DNA of 64,000 nucleotides from Candidatus Rifleibacteriota bacterium (GCA_028689875.1 JAQVCG010000002.1:3086-67085), one strand, 5' to 3'. Positions 1-9,711 are shown, counted from the first letter of the stretch. A program made the numbers and translations. The notes: a model not told the origin generated them from the letters alone.

Positions 1-138
1 TACAACATCAATCCTGATGAAGAATATCGTGTTGAAGACCTTATTACCGGGGAAGTTTATGTTTGGCGCGGTTCAAAAAACTATGTTGAACTAAACCCCG
101 AAAAAGAACCTGCACACTTGTTGAGAATAATTAAGTAA
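1..138 (+). CDS. C-terminal fragment of an ORF that begins upstream of the window, ending at a TAA stop at 136-138; possibly a GH13 / GlgE-like alpha-glucan transferase C-terminus
   Basis: Frame 1 reads YNINPDEEYRVEDLITGEVYVWRGSKNYVELNPEKEPAHLLRIIK*. The pattern TGE.Y.W....YV.L.P...PAH resembles, from memory, the extreme C-terminus of maltosyltransferase GlgE-type enzymes. The assignment is weak. Confidence 0.3.
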   Translation, partial: YNINPDEEYRVEDLITGEVYVWRGSKNYVELNPEKEPAHLLRIIK

Positions 139-141
139 TTT

Positions 142-816
142 TTACTTTTTGTTTGTGGCGTTGTAGCTGTCAGCTACGCGCCACAAATACCAAGTTGCAA
201 TTGATCTGTAGGGTTTCCATTTTTCTGATTGTTCCCTAAACTCGTTTATAGAGGGCAGGGTAGGGAAAGTTCCCATTAATAGCGCGAGCCCTTTTTGAAG
301 TCCGTAGTCTTTTAGCGAAGTGACGTCTGCTCGCCCTAGTCTGAATATTAAAATCATTTCTACTGTCCAACGGCCTATACCTTTAATTTGAGTAAGGGTT
401 TTAATAATTTCTTCATTGGCCATCTGTTTAATTTTATTTTCGTCGGGCAGGTTATTTGCGAGAGCAAATTCTGATAAATCTCTTATTGCGATTGCTTTGT
501 TTCTTGAAAGTCCCGCAGCGCGCAGTTCTTCTTCAGATGCTCTTATGACATCGAGCGGTAATATTTGAGATGAACTAGAGAATAAGCGTAAAACACGTTT
601 ATAAATTGTTTCGGCAGCTTTAGCGGTTAATTGTTGGTATATTATTGATTCAATGAGGGCTATAAATAAAGAGTTTGAATTGTTTGGTTTAATTTCGAAA
701 TTTGGGATTGCTTTTATAATGGGTGTAAAACGTTTGTCAGTTTTTTTAATGTAGCGTAAAGCTTTTTTTATATCAATGTCATCAAAAGTTGATAATTCGG
801 GTGACAATTCGTGCAT
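142..816 (-). CDS. HhH-GPD superfamily DNA glycosylase (AlkA / 3-methyladenine DNA glycosylase II-like)
   Basis: A 224-aa ORF containing a helix-hairpin-helix plus Gly/Pro-rich loop signature (IKGIGRWTVEMILIFRLGRADV followed by D), typical of AlkA/Ogg-type base-excision glycosylases. Confidence 0.65.
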   Translation of the reverse strand: MHELSPELSTFDDIDIKKALRYIKKTDKRFTPIIKAIPNFEIKPNNSNSLFIALIESIIYQQLTAKAAETIYKRVLRLFSSSSQILPLDVIRASEEELRAAGLSRNKAIAIRDLSEFALANNLPDENKIKQMANEEIIKTLTQIKGIGRWTVEMILIFRLGRADVTSLKDYGLQKGLALLMGTFPTLPSINEFREQSEKWKPYRSIATWYLWRVADSYNATNKK

Positions 817-911
817 TGTTTTACCTCACCCCACGAATTATATCATATTATTAACTTGAAAATCATAGAAATTACCTACAATGAGCTTAATTTATGGTAT
901 AATTTCAAATT

Positions 912-1457
912 ATGACTAAATATTGTGTCTTATTAGTATTGTTAGCGGTATTTACTCCGTTATACTCAGGTGCCGTTTCTTTGACTTCGGCCGAAGTTAA
1001 GCTTGCAAACGACATTTCACTTTATCTTGACCAAAAACCGGATGAGCATGCTCTAAAGTTTTGCGAGTATGCGATTAACAGTGAGAGCGTTGTTTTAAGA
1101 GGATTAGCTGTAACAATTTTAAATAAGCATTTTGGCGACCCTTATCGTGCAGCATTTTTGAAAAGTTATACTCTAAATCCAAAAAATGACAATTTTGTGT
1201 GCGATAAAAAGGTAACGGTCAAAATAGAGAACTTGAAAAAATTACTTGAACCATACGAAAACATGCTTAAACAAATTGAAGATGTAAGGGTCCGCAATTT
1301 GTTTTTGTTTTATCATTTCAGACATAAAAATGTGCTAGTTCTTGGTGAAGCCAGAGAAGAACTGAGTCTTGCTCTGTTTTATCGTTTGGCTTTTTTAACA
1401 GAAGTTTTTGAAGATGAAACATATGTAAAACAGCTTGTTCAAGAAGCTGACAGATAA
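912..1457 (+). CDS. hypothetical secreted protein (181 aa)
   Basis: The N-terminus has a hydrophobic signal-peptide-like segment (MTKYCVLLVLLAVFTPLYSGAVS). No recognisable catalytic motif. It lies in an intergenic-sized slot upstream of ettA. Confidence 0.4.
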   Translation: MTKYCVLLVLLAVFTPLYSGAVSLTSAEVKLANDISLYLDQKPDEHALKFCEYAINSESVVLRGLAVTILNKHFGDPYRAAFLKSYTLNPKNDNFVCDKKVTVKIENLKKLLEPYENMLKQIEDVRVRNLFLFYHFRHKNVLVLGEAREELSLALFYRLAFLTEVFEDETYVKQLVQEADR

Positions 1458-1475
1458 TATAAGAGGTGTTTTATA

Positions 1476-3149
1476 ATGGCTGAAAAATATATTTTCACAA
1501 TGCTGGGTTTAAACAAGTTCTACGGAACCCGACAAGTGCTCAAAGACATAAATCTTTGCTTTTTTCCCGGGGCAAAAATCGGCATAGTCGGGGCTAACGG
1601 TGCCGGTAAGAGTACGATTCTAAAGATTATGGCCGGTCTGGACAAAGATTACAGAGGGCAAGCCGACCTTACCAAGGGCTATAAAGTCGGTTTTGTACCG
1701 CAAGAACCGGTTTTAGAAAAAGGTAAAACTGTCAGGCAGAACATAGAGGGCGCCTTTGCAGAAATTATTGCGATGATCCATGAATACGAAGAAATATCTA
1801 CCTCAATGTGTGACTTAGATCCTTCTGAAATGGACAAAGCAATGGAAAAACTTGCAAAACTGCAAGATAAAATCGATGCTTGTTCAGGCTGGGATCTCGA
1901 TACAAAGCTTAATGTGGCTGCAAATGCTTTGGTTTTGCCGCCCGATGATATGATTGTGGATGACCTTTCCGGCGGGGAAAAGCGCAGAGTTGCATTGTGT
2001 CGTGCATTGCTTGAACAGCCAGATTTGTTGCTTTTAGACGAACCTACAAACCATCTTGATGCGCAGACGGTTGCTTGGCTTGAAAATTATCTTAAAGACT
2101 ATCCCGGAACAGTCATAATATCGACTCACGACCGTTATTTCTTGGATAATATAACAAAATGGATCCTAGAGCTTGAAGATGGTTATGGCATTCCTTTTGA
2201 AGGCAATTACAGCTCTTGGCTTGCACAAAAGCTTGAGATAATTGCTCAAAGCGAAAAGAAAGAGAGTGCCCGCAGAAAATCATTAGAGCGAGAACTTAAA
2301 TGGATACGAATGAATACGGGCGATAGAAAAGAACTGCAGCGCGAGCGAATAGCCCATTTTGAAGATTTGGTTACCAAAGAAAAAGCCGCTGATAAAGGTG
2401 ACGAAACTGTTATACAAATCGCACCTGCTGAACACTTAGGCGATTTAGTCGTTGATTTTAACTCTGTTTCAAAGGCTTATGCCGAAAATAAACTCTTAGA
2501 CAACGTAAGTTTTTCTCTGCCAAAAGGCGCAATTGTTGGAATTATCGGGCCAAATGGCGCAGGTAAGACAACAATGTTCAAAATGATTGCTAAAACTGAA
2601 ACGCCAAATAATGGCGAAATTGTCGTTGGTCCTACAGTGAAATTGGCATGGGTGGATCAACACAGAGATTGTTTAGACCCAGAAAAAACTGTTTTTGATG
2701 AAATAAGCGACGGCTTAGATGATGTACAGTTTGGTAAAATTAAGATTCCTTCAAGAGCTTATTGCGGACGTTTCGGTTTTAAAGGGCAAGACCAGCAAAA
2801 GAAAGTGGGCAATCTTTCGGGAGGAGAAAGAAACAGGGTTCATTTAGCTAAAATCGTTAAATCGGGCGGAAACCTTTTGATGCTTGACGAACCTACGAAC
2901 GACCTTGACGTCTCAACTTTACGACTCTTAGAAGACGCCATCGCCGACTTTGCAGGCTGCGCACTAGTTATAAGCCACGATCGCTTTTTCCTTAATAGAG
3001 TGTGCACTCATCTTTTAGTATTTGAAGGTGACGCAAAAGTTAAATGGTTCGAAGGAAACTTCGAAGATTATGAAAATATGTATTTGAAAAAACTTGGTTC
3101 ATCCGCTCAAGAGGGGCGAAGAGCGAAGTTTAGAAAGTTCTCTTTGTAA
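1476..3149 (+). CDS. ettA: energy-dependent translational throttle protein EttA (ABC-F family ATPase)
   Basis: The 557-aa ORF has two ABC cassettes, each with Walker A (GANGAGKST, GPNGAGKTT), the ABC signature LSGGEKRR / LSGGERNR, and Walker B (LLLLDEPTNHLD, LLMLDEPTNDLD). The N-terminus FFPGAKIGIVGANGAGKSTIL is near-identical in pattern to E. coli EttA (FFPGAKIGVLGLNGAGKSTLL, from memory). There are no transmembrane segments. RBS-like AAGAGG lies upstream. Confidence 0.9.
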   Translation: MAEKYIFTMLGLNKFYGTRQVLKDINLCFFPGAKIGIVGANGAGKSTILKIMAGLDKDYRGQADLTKGYKVGFVPQEPVLEKGKTVRQNIEGAFAEIIAMIHEYEEISTSMCDLDPSEMDKAMEKLAKLQDKIDACSGWDLDTKLNVAANALVLPPDDMIVDDLSGGEKRRVALCRALLEQPDLLLLDEPTNHLDAQTVAWLENYLKDYPGTVIISTHDRYFLDNITKWILELEDGYGIPFEGNYSSWLAQKLEIIAQSEKKESARRKSLERELKWIRMNTGDRKELQRERIAHFEDLVTKEKAADKGDETVIQIAPAEHLGDLVVDFNSVSKAYAENKLLDNVSFSLPKGAIVGIIGPNGAGKTTMFKMIAKTETPNNGEIVVGPTVKLAWVDQHRDCLDPEKTVFDEISDGLDDVQFGKIKIPSRAYCGRFGFKGQDQQKKVGNLSGGERNRVHLAKIVKSGGNLLMLDEPTNDLDVSTLRLLEDAIADFAGCALVISHDRFFLNRVCTHLLVFEGDAKVKWFEGNFEDYENMYLKKLGSSAQEGRRAKFRKFSL

Positions 3150-3185
3150 ACATATTAAAGCTGTATCGTTTTAAGGAGGAGAGTA

Positions 3186-5684
3186 ATGAGTAAAGTTTTG
3201 GTCAGGCGTTTAATTTGTTCTGTTTTGGTTTTGCTAATGGCTTTTGAGCCGGCAGTGCTACCCGTTTTAAGGGCTTCTGAGTATGATGCCGCAGTTCAAA
3301 GCATTCAAATAGATCCCGAAGAAGTCGGGTCTGTTAACCTTGAAGAGATAATGACGCCTGCCGAGCTTTTAGACGGTTTTTTCAATTTGAAAGGCAAAAC
3401 GGCTGAAGACGCAGAGGTGCGTTCTTGGGCTGAATGGGGCAATACTTTGGCCGCTTCTTACATGGCATTAGACGAAGGAGCCGGCGACGTATTCACCTTT
3501 TATGATGGCTTGGTAATATTTAAAGATGCTGTTTCAGTTCCGAAAGATATTGCCGGAACTCTTACCGACATAGTTAAAAATACGGTTTTGGCAACCGCAT
3601 TTTTGAAAACAAAATTGCTTAGCGATACGGGAACAAGAGCTGCGAATACGAGAAATGCCTTTAATGGCCTGGTAAGATTCAATAGCTTTGCTGAAAACGC
3701 CTCAAATTGGATATCTCAAAACAAAGTATTCAATTTTTTAGAGTTTTGTTCTGCTCCGTCATGCCCTGTCGACACGAAAAATGCTGCCAAAGGATTTGAC
3801 GCATACTGGCGCTGGGTTAAAAAAGCTCCTGTTGAAGGCGAAGGGGCTGTAAATCTGAACAACGCACAGGGTGTCGCAAGAACTATTGGTATCGGCCTTT
3901 CGGTGCTTGGGTTAGCTTTGAGCTTATACAGTTATTTTTCTGCCGAAGATTTTGCCGGAGGCCGTCTCGGTGCTTATAATATGGTAAAAAAATCAATCAG
4001 CGTTGCTTTAGGTGTTTGTGGTATTTTAGCCATGTTTATACCCGGACTGGGGCAGGCAATTGCTATTGCCGCCTTGGTTATAGGAATAGTAACAATGATT
4101 GGTGACGCAATAGGCAAATTAAATAAGTGTTGGAAGCAGGCTTATTTTACTTCGGCCTGGTATTTATATGAGAATGATCCTGAGTATGTAACTTTTTACG
4201 ATGAACGTGACAGTTTGCTTGATGAAGAAATGTCAGATACATTAGCTCTTATTCATAAGAATTACGCTGAATATGCCGGAGCTGATGAAAACAGCGAAGA
4301 TGAAGTAGAAGCGCGAAATGCCAGAGTATTTAAAGCCCTTGAAAAACAAGGTGTTCTGACCAGTTATTATGCTTGCAAAGATTATGAACTTGATTCTTAC
4401 GATTTAGATTATTTACAAAAACTTTGGAGTGCAAAACGCGCTTACATGGCTTATAAGCCCACTGAAGAAGAAGCAAAAAAAGCAGAGACCGCAAGCGGTT
4501 GGGACAAGTTTTGCAACTCAATTAACCCCATGACCCACATTAAATTTGTAGCTAATAAAATAGGGTCTCGCGATTATAACAAGCTGTCTAAAAACGAAAA
4601 TCTCAAACCTGTATATTTTAACCCTGATTATATTTTGATAAAACGTTTCAGAAGCTACACAACCAATCGCGATTTGACCGGGCCTTTGCATCGAACTGTT
4701 GCTCTTAGAATAGAACAATCTCCATTTAACTATATTCCTCTGGTGGGAATAGATCCCGCTGAATGGAGCGATGAACTGCTCAGTTCTGCTTATTTGGCAG
4801 ATGCCTTTATGGTTGGACAAAAAGAAATAGATGCTTTGTCTATAGTTATAAAAGAGCTTTCTTCTCAGGTTGACGATAAAATTGATACTGCTGAAGATAA
4901 AGTTGAACTCATCGAAAAAGATTTAAAATCTTCTGTAAAAGTGAAAAAAGCTCTGAGAGAATTACTTGAAAACTATAAAAATGATCCAGATAAAGTTTCT
5001 AAGAGGCTTTACTCGAAAATTACTAAAACCTTAAAAACTGATAAAGATTTTAATAATAAAAAAACACCTAAGAATATAATAAATGAATACAAAAACGAAA
5101 TTGAACAGGTGTTGTTTTATGAGCCTCTCTCATTAGGGTATAAAGCATTCGAAATGGTCGCAGCCATGGATGCCGCCAAGCAGATATTAGACTCGGGCGC
5201 AATTGTTAAAAGTTACTACGAAAACAGAAAAGCAACTTTTGATGAATTTGACGAAAAGTTTAAAGATGGCCCAATTAAAGATTATGTAAAAGACGGCAAC
5301 TTTTTAAACAATATAAAAGATAGCGCCGGAGAATACATACTAGACTGGCTGAGCGAAGATTATTCAACTTACGATAACATGAAAAAAGGTTTAAATTTGT
5401 TTAAGAATTCGGTTAAAAAATACGAAAACACAGTTGATGATCTTGATACAGATGATTTTATAGAAACTTTGAATGATTTAAATGCCCAATTAACTGATTG
5501 GCAGTCGCTCATTGAAGAATATAGCGAATACGCGGACGACTTAGAAATGAACGTTTTATTGGCCGAAGATACAGAATTTGCAAATAAAATATTCTTTGAA
5601 TATAAGCTTCCTTATGAGCTGAAAGCGCTTGATCCGTCAAAAGAAATTGCAGAATATGTGGCAGAAGCGGCATCAAATTATTGA
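3186..5684 (+). CDS. large exported protein of unknown function with central Gly-zipper membrane hairpin and long acidic coiled-coil C-terminal half
   Basis: An 832-aa ORF. A strong RBS AAGGAGGAG lies 6 nt upstream. The N-terminus is signal-peptide-like (LICSVLVLLMAFEPAVLPVLRAS). Two adjacent hydrophobic helices are rich in small-xxx-small motifs (ISVALGVCGILAMFIPGLGQAIAIAALVIGIVTMIGDAIG). The C-terminal ~450 aa are K/E/D-rich with heptad-like periodicity. No catalytic motif is recognised. Confidence 0.5.
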   Translation: MSKVLVRRLICSVLVLLMAFEPAVLPVLRASEYDAAVQSIQIDPEEVGSVNLEEIMTPAELLDGFFNLKGKTAEDAEVRSWAEWGNTLAASYMALDEGAGDVFTFYDGLVIFKDAVSVPKDIAGTLTDIVKNTVLATAFLKTKLLSDTGTRAANTRNAFNGLVRFNSFAENASNWISQNKVFNFLEFCSAPSCPVDTKNAAKGFDAYWRWVKKAPVEGEGAVNLNNAQGVARTIGIGLSVLGLALSLYSYFSAEDFAGGRLGAYNMVKKSISVALGVCGILAMFIPGLGQAIAIAALVIGIVTMIGDAIGKLNKCWKQAYFTSAWYLYENDPEYVTFYDERDSLLDEEMSDTLALIHKNYAEYAGADENSEDEVEARNARVFKALEKQGVLTSYYACKDYELDSYDLDYLQKLWSAKRAYMAYKPTEEEAKKAETASGWDKFCNSINPMTHIKFVANKIGSRDYNKLSKNENLKPVYFNPDYILIKRFRSYTTNRDLTGPLHRTVALRIEQSPFNYIPLVGIDPAEWSDELLSSAYLADAFMVGQKEIDALSIVIKELSSQVDDKIDTAEDKVELIEKDLKSSVKVKKALRELLENYKNDPDKVSKRLYSKITKTLKTDKDFNNKKTPKNIINEYKNEIEQVLFYEPLSLGYKAFEMVAAMDAAKQILDSGAIVKSYYENRKATFDEFDEKFKDGPIKDYVKDGNFLNNIKDSAGEYILDWLSEDYSTYDNMKKGLNLFKNSVKKYENTVDDLDTDDFIETLNDLNAQLTDWQSLIEEYSEYADDLEMNVLLAEDTEFANKIFFEYKLPYELKALDPSKEIAEYVAEAASNY

Positions 5685-6196
5685 GGCCAAATTTCGGGAT
5701 TAGGGCTTAAAAGCCTTAATATTACTTCTTCGAACTTAATTTGATATTCTTTATTAAAGTGCTCTTCAAGTCTGATAAAAGCCGAGCTTGAAGAGCCTTT
5801 AATTTTTATGATTAGCATAAACAGACACATCATCTCACGCTCACCCCATAGGGGACCCCGCTCTATATCAAGGGCTATGCCGTTTTCAAATATGAAGATT
5901 CCAAGTTCGTAAAGCCCAAACTTCTTAATATTTAAATCAGAAACCATAAAGTGAAAAGGGTAAACTTTTCTTTTGCACACGAGGTCTGCCGCATTGCCAA
6001 GCTCGTCAATTCCATGCAAAGATTTGGTTTCGATTGTTTGAAGCGTGGGTCGCCCTATAAGCGAAGATGCGCTTTTACGAATTAAATTATAACCGCTTAT
6101 TACCTCAGAGGTGTTTAAACCGTTAATGCATATTTCCGGAAAAGTACCGTCTTTAATGTCGAAAAAATCGTGAACGCTATTCCAAAGCCATCCCAT
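5678..6196 (-). CDS. hypothetical protein (172 aa)
   Basis: The ORF is the last gene of the minus-strand run (DUF1015, PdxK-like, HAD-NTPase, this ORF). Its start overlaps the upstream gene's end by 20 nt. No motif is recognised. Confidence 0.35.
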   Translation of the reverse strand: MGWLWNSVHDFFDIKDGTFPEICINGLNTSEVISGYNLIRKSASSLIGRPTLQTIETKSLHGIDELGNAADLVCKRKVYPFHFMVSDLNIKKFGLYELGIFIFENGIALDIERGPLWGEREMMCLFMLIIKIKGSSSSAFIRLEEHFNKEYQIKFEEVILRLLSPNPEIWPQ

Positions 6197-7529
6197 TTAA
6201 ATTAATTATCCGATATTTATCTATTTTGTATTTTTTTATTACGGTTTCTACCAAAGACTCTCTCACAACTAACGTAACTTTCATTCCGCTGTTTAAGCAG
6301 TCTTTTATCAGCTGTGAAAAACCTGTCTCTCTTGATTCGAGATGCGCAACCTCATCAATATAAAAGTGTTTAACATTATTTGTTTGAGCTTCATTGAATA
6401 TTCTCTTTGCAAAATCAAAACCTTCTTTGCAAAAACTGTAATTTTCATTAAGTCTTTCAGCCTCGTTCCAGTTTTCGGGCAAATGCTGGATTTTTCTGAT
6501 AAATTCGCATTTTTCACCATTTGTAAGACGAACAAGGTCATAACCTATATGAACATTGTCAGGTGTTCTGACTTTAACGCAAGCAAAGCCATCGGCACTT
6601 CCTACCGGCAAATTTTGTTTTTTAAAGTCTTCTGCCAAAGAACTGGTTTTGCCTGAATTTACGCGTCCGGTAATGATTCGGTGAGTGTGTTCACCTCTGT
6701 TGCCTTCACTTAGCCATTCATAGATTGCTTTGGCAAAACCGTTTTCGTTATGATGAGGGGCCGTCTTATAACGCATAAGAATATCTTTAGGAGCATTAGA
6801 AACCGCATAAGCATCATTTGTCCACTCAAGCATTTCCATGTCGTTGTAATCGTTGCCTATGCTCACTGTTTGATTGTGTTTTATTCCAAGATGATTGCAT
6901 AACCAGGCTGCGCCGTGCCCTTTTGAAACTCGTTTTGAAAAGACTTCTATCCAAGTAAATTCTGGGTTGATGGGCGAAGTTGTTCTAATTATGCTTAATT
7001 GCGGAAAAAGGTTTTTCATTTCTTCAATAATGCCTACTGCATCTTTGGAAATAGCCAAAAATTGTGTGGCGCTATTAAGTCGTTTTAGCTTTTCTTTGCT
7101 GCCTTTTTCTGCAAATTCTTTAAGATAAAAAAGTCTTGATTCAAGGTCAGAAGTTGCCACTGTTCCCGAAAACCAATAAAATTTATGATTATCGGGTATT
7201 GGAAAATGTACCGAAAAATCTATTTTTTTTTCGAAAAAATAGTCTGCCAATGGAATAATATACTTTTGTGGTATTTCGTGTCTGCAGATTATGTAGTCAT
7301 CTTTAAAAGAGCAGATTCCGGCCCCTGATGAGAAAATTAAATAATCAAAAGGCAAGTCGTAAGCTATAACTTCGCGAGCTGAGTTAAGTGTTCTTCCGGT
7401 GCAAGCGGTTCTTACTATTTTATGTTGCCCCAAAAACTCAAGTGCATCAATATTTTCTTGACTGATTTCTCCGTCAGCGTTGAGAAACGTTCCGTCTAGA
7501 TCTGTCAGCATCATTCCTTCGTATTTCAT
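6177..7529 (-). CDS. fusion protein: N-terminal HAD-IIB (Cof-type) phosphatase domain + C-terminal P-loop NTPase domain
   Basis: The track ORF runs 6177..7577. I place the start at the internal ATG at 7527-7529 (MKYEGMMLTDLDGTF). That start gives an ATGA-type 4-nt coupling to the stop of the upstream PdxK-like gene at 7531-7533. The HAD motif I, DLDGT, is right after the start, and GNDYND sits near residue 240. The C-terminal third has a Walker A (ITGRVNSGKTSS) and a Walker B-like hhhhDE (HFYIDEV). Confidence 0.55.
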   Translation of the reverse strand: MKYEGMMLTDLDGTFLNADGEISQENIDALEFLGQHKIVRTACTGRTLNSAREVIAYDLPFDYLIFSSGAGICSFKDDYIICRHEIPQKYIIPLADYFFEKKIDFSVHFPIPDNHKFYWFSGTVATSDLESRLFYLKEFAEKGSKEKLKRLNSATQFLAISKDAVGIIEEMKNLFPQLSIIRTTSPINPEFTWIEVFSKRVSKGHGAAWLCNHLGIKHNQTVSIGNDYNDMEMLEWTNDAYAVSNAPKDILMRYKTAPHHNENGFAKAIYEWLSEGNRGEHTHRIITGRVNSGKTSSLAEDFKKQNLPVGSADGFACVKVRTPDNVHIGYDLVRLTNGEKCEFIRKIQHLPENWNEAERLNENYSFCKEGFDFAKRIFNEAQTNNVKHFYIDEVAHLESRETGFSQLIKDCLNSGMKVTLVVRESLVETVIKKYKIDKYRIINLNGMALE

Positions 7530-7530
7530 T

Positions 7531-8412
7531 TTATTCCTCATCAAGCAATATAAAACTTCCCGGCTGAAACGGAGCACTTAAATTAGGCAAAACTTTTTCG
7601 AGATAAATTCCGTATTTGGGATCATGCTGGTATCCATATGATGCCCTGATTGCAGTAGTAATAAAATGAACCGCACGATCAAGGGCGATGGGCAAGCTGT
7701 CGCCCTGAAGTAAACAACCGGTAACTACGCTTGTGAAAGCGTCTCCGGTGCCCGGGTAATTTGCGGGAACATAGTCGCAGCACACTTTCCAAAAATGTTT
7801 GGTTAAACTGCTATATGCATAAACATAGGTTTGCCGTTTTTTGTCAGAGCGGTTAACGTTAGTCATAATGACCGTTTTAGGGCCTTTATCGCTCAAACTT
7901 TTTAATATTTGTTTGATTGTTCGCTCTTCTTGTTTGGCTTTATATGGCATATCAAGCAGTGCACAAGCTTCGGTAACATTTGGTGTAATAACATCGGCGC
8001 TCAATATCAGGTTCTTCATTTCTCTAATCATATCTTCGTTCATAGAGCTGTATAACCTGCCGTTGTCGCCTAATACCGGGTCTATGACAACCAGTGTGTC
8101 TTTTTTTCTGAAAAAACTAATAAAATTTTTAACGACATCTATTTGCAGCGGAGAGCCTAAAAAACCGCTGTATATAGCATTAAACTTAACGTCTAGAGTT
8201 TTCCAGTGTTCGATTACGGCTTTCATGGCATCTGTTAAATCAAATAATCTGTAGCCTTCTATTTCTGTGTTAGAAGAAAGTAACGCAGTCGGAAGAGGAC
8301 AAACTTGAAAGCCCATTGAAGAAAGAATAGGAATTACCGCTGTTAAAGAGACTTTTCCGAGTCCTGAAAGGTCATGGATAGCCGCAACCTTTTTGCATGG
8401 ATTTTGAAACAT
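7531..8412 (-). CDS. pdxK: pyridoxal/pyridoxine/pyridoxamine kinase family protein (PdxK/PdxY/ThiD ribokinase-like fold)
   Basis: A 293-aa ORF. Motifs parallel E. coli PdxY from memory: AIHDLSGLGKVSL (cf. AIQSHVVYGHAGN), SGFLGS, VIDPVLGD, and the C-terminal anion-hole GTGDAFTSVVTGCLLQG (cf. GVGDVTSGLLLVKLLQG). An HMP kinase ThiD-type specificity cannot be excluded. Confidence 0.7.
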   Translation of the reverse strand: MFQNPCKKVAAIHDLSGLGKVSLTAVIPILSSMGFQVCPLPTALLSSNTEIEGYRLFDLTDAMKAVIEHWKTLDVKFNAIYSGFLGSPLQIDVVKNFISFFRKKDTLVVIDPVLGDNGRLYSSMNEDMIREMKNLILSADVITPNVTEACALLDMPYKAKQEERTIKQILKSLSDKGPKTVIMTNVNRSDKKRQTYVYAYSSLTKHFWKVCCDYVPANYPGTGDAFTSVVTGCLLQGDSLPIALDRAVHFITTAIRASYGYQHDPKYGIYLEKVLPNLSAPFQPGSFILLDEE

Positions 8413-8475
8413 ATTTTTCTTTCGATAAAGGCCTTCGGCTATATAGCCGAAGGCCTTGTCAGATTTTACTACTAA

Positions 8476-9711
8476 TCAGTAGGTGTGAACAACCATTCCG
8501 GATCTGAGTTTTGGTTCAAACCAAGTAGATTTCGGAGGCATTACTTCACCGCTGTCTGCTATATTCATCAATTGTTCGATTGAAGTCGGGAACATGGAGA
8601 AAGCTACAACGAACTTTTTGGAATCTACGATTCTTTCAAGTTCTTTGATTCCTCTTATGCCGCCGATAAAGTCGATGCGTTTATCGGTCCTCGGGTCGCC
8701 GATTCCGAGAATCGGTGATAAAAGGTTTTCTTGCATGATAGAGACGTCAAGGCTCTTAACGGGGTCTTTTTCGTCAAATGTTCCGGGTTTTGCAGTGAGC
8801 TTATACCAGGTTCCTTTGAGATACATCCCAAAAGTGTTTGCTGTTGTGGGCTTTTTATAATCTGCTTTTTCAACGATAAATTTTTCAGAAACTTTTTTAA
8901 TAAATTCTTCGTCACTATTGCCGTTAAGATCCTTTACAGCGCGGTTGTAATCCATGATGTAAAGATGGTTATGCGGGAAAATTACAGACAAAAAGAAGTT
9001 GTATTCTTCATTTCCTGTATGGTTGGGGTTCTTTTCTGCTCTAAGTTTTGCTATTCTGGCAGCAGCTTGAGTTCTGTGATGGCCGTCTGCAACGTATAGA
9101 GCCGGAATTTTTGCAAATTCTTCGGTAATGCTTTTTATCCAAGAAGCATCTTTTACAACCCAAAGAGTGTGACCAATTCCGTCTTCAGAAACAAAATCAA
9201 CATCAGGTTTTCCATCGGTTATTTTTTTAACCAAAGCATTTATAGAATCTTTAGCGGGGTATGTTAAAAATACGGGACCCGCATTCGCGTTTGTAACATC
9301 AACGTGTTTTAAACGATCTTCTTCCTTATCTTTCCTTGTGAATTCATGGCGTTTGATTTTTCCGTCCCAGTATTCCTGGGCGCTTGTGCAGCACATCAGG
9401 CCTATTTGAGTTCTGCCTTCCATTGTTTGTTTATAAATATACAAACAATCTTCATTGTCTCTTACCAAATAGCCTTTATCTTGAAACATTTTAAAGTTTT
9501 CAACTGCTTTGTCATAAACCCTCTGGTCATAAAGATCAATTGATGGTTCTAAGTCTATTTCAGGTTTGTTAATGTGTAAAAAAGACTCTGGGCTGCCTTT
9601 TGCAAGCTCTCTTGCTTCTTCAGAGTTAATTACGTCATATGGAAACGAAGCAACCTTTGATGCGAGCTCAACCGGGGGTCTTAAGCCTTTGAAAGGACGA
9701 ACAATAGCCAT
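8476..9711 (-). CDS. DUF1015 family protein
   Basis: The track ORF runs 8476..9732. I place the start at Met8 (MAIVRPFKGLRP), because GGAGAAGG sits 5-12 nt upstream of that ATG and the DUF1015 family characteristically begins ...PF.alRP. Function is unknown. Confidence 0.6.
   Translation of the reverse strand: MAIVRPFKGLRPPVELASKVASFPYDVINSEEARELAKGSPESFLHINKPEIDLEPSIDLYDQRVYDKAVENFKMFQDKGYLVRDNEDCLYIYKQTMEGRTQIGLMCCTSAQEYWDGKIKRHEFTRKDKEEDRLKHVDVTNANAGPVFLTYPAKDSINALVKKITDGKPDVDFVSEDGIGHTLWVVKDASWIKSITEEFAKIPALYVADGHHRTQAAARIAKLRAEKNPNHTGNEEYNFFLSVIFPHNHLYIMDYNRAVKDLNGNSDEEFIKKVSEKFIVEKADYKKPTTANTFGMYLKGTWYKLTAKPGTFDEKDPVKSLDVSIMQENLLSPILGIGDPRTDKRIDFIGGIRGIKELERIVDSKKFVVAFSMFPTSIEQLMNIADSGEVMPPKSTWFEPKLRSGMVVHTY

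Noticed and set aside
3500-4820. Small antisense ORFs (3500-3682, 4330-4521, 4518-4820) inside the 832-aa gene
   Set aside because: They are entirely embedded antisense to a long ORF with a strong RBS. They have no RBS, low complexity and no motifs, so they are typical spurious six-frame ORFs.
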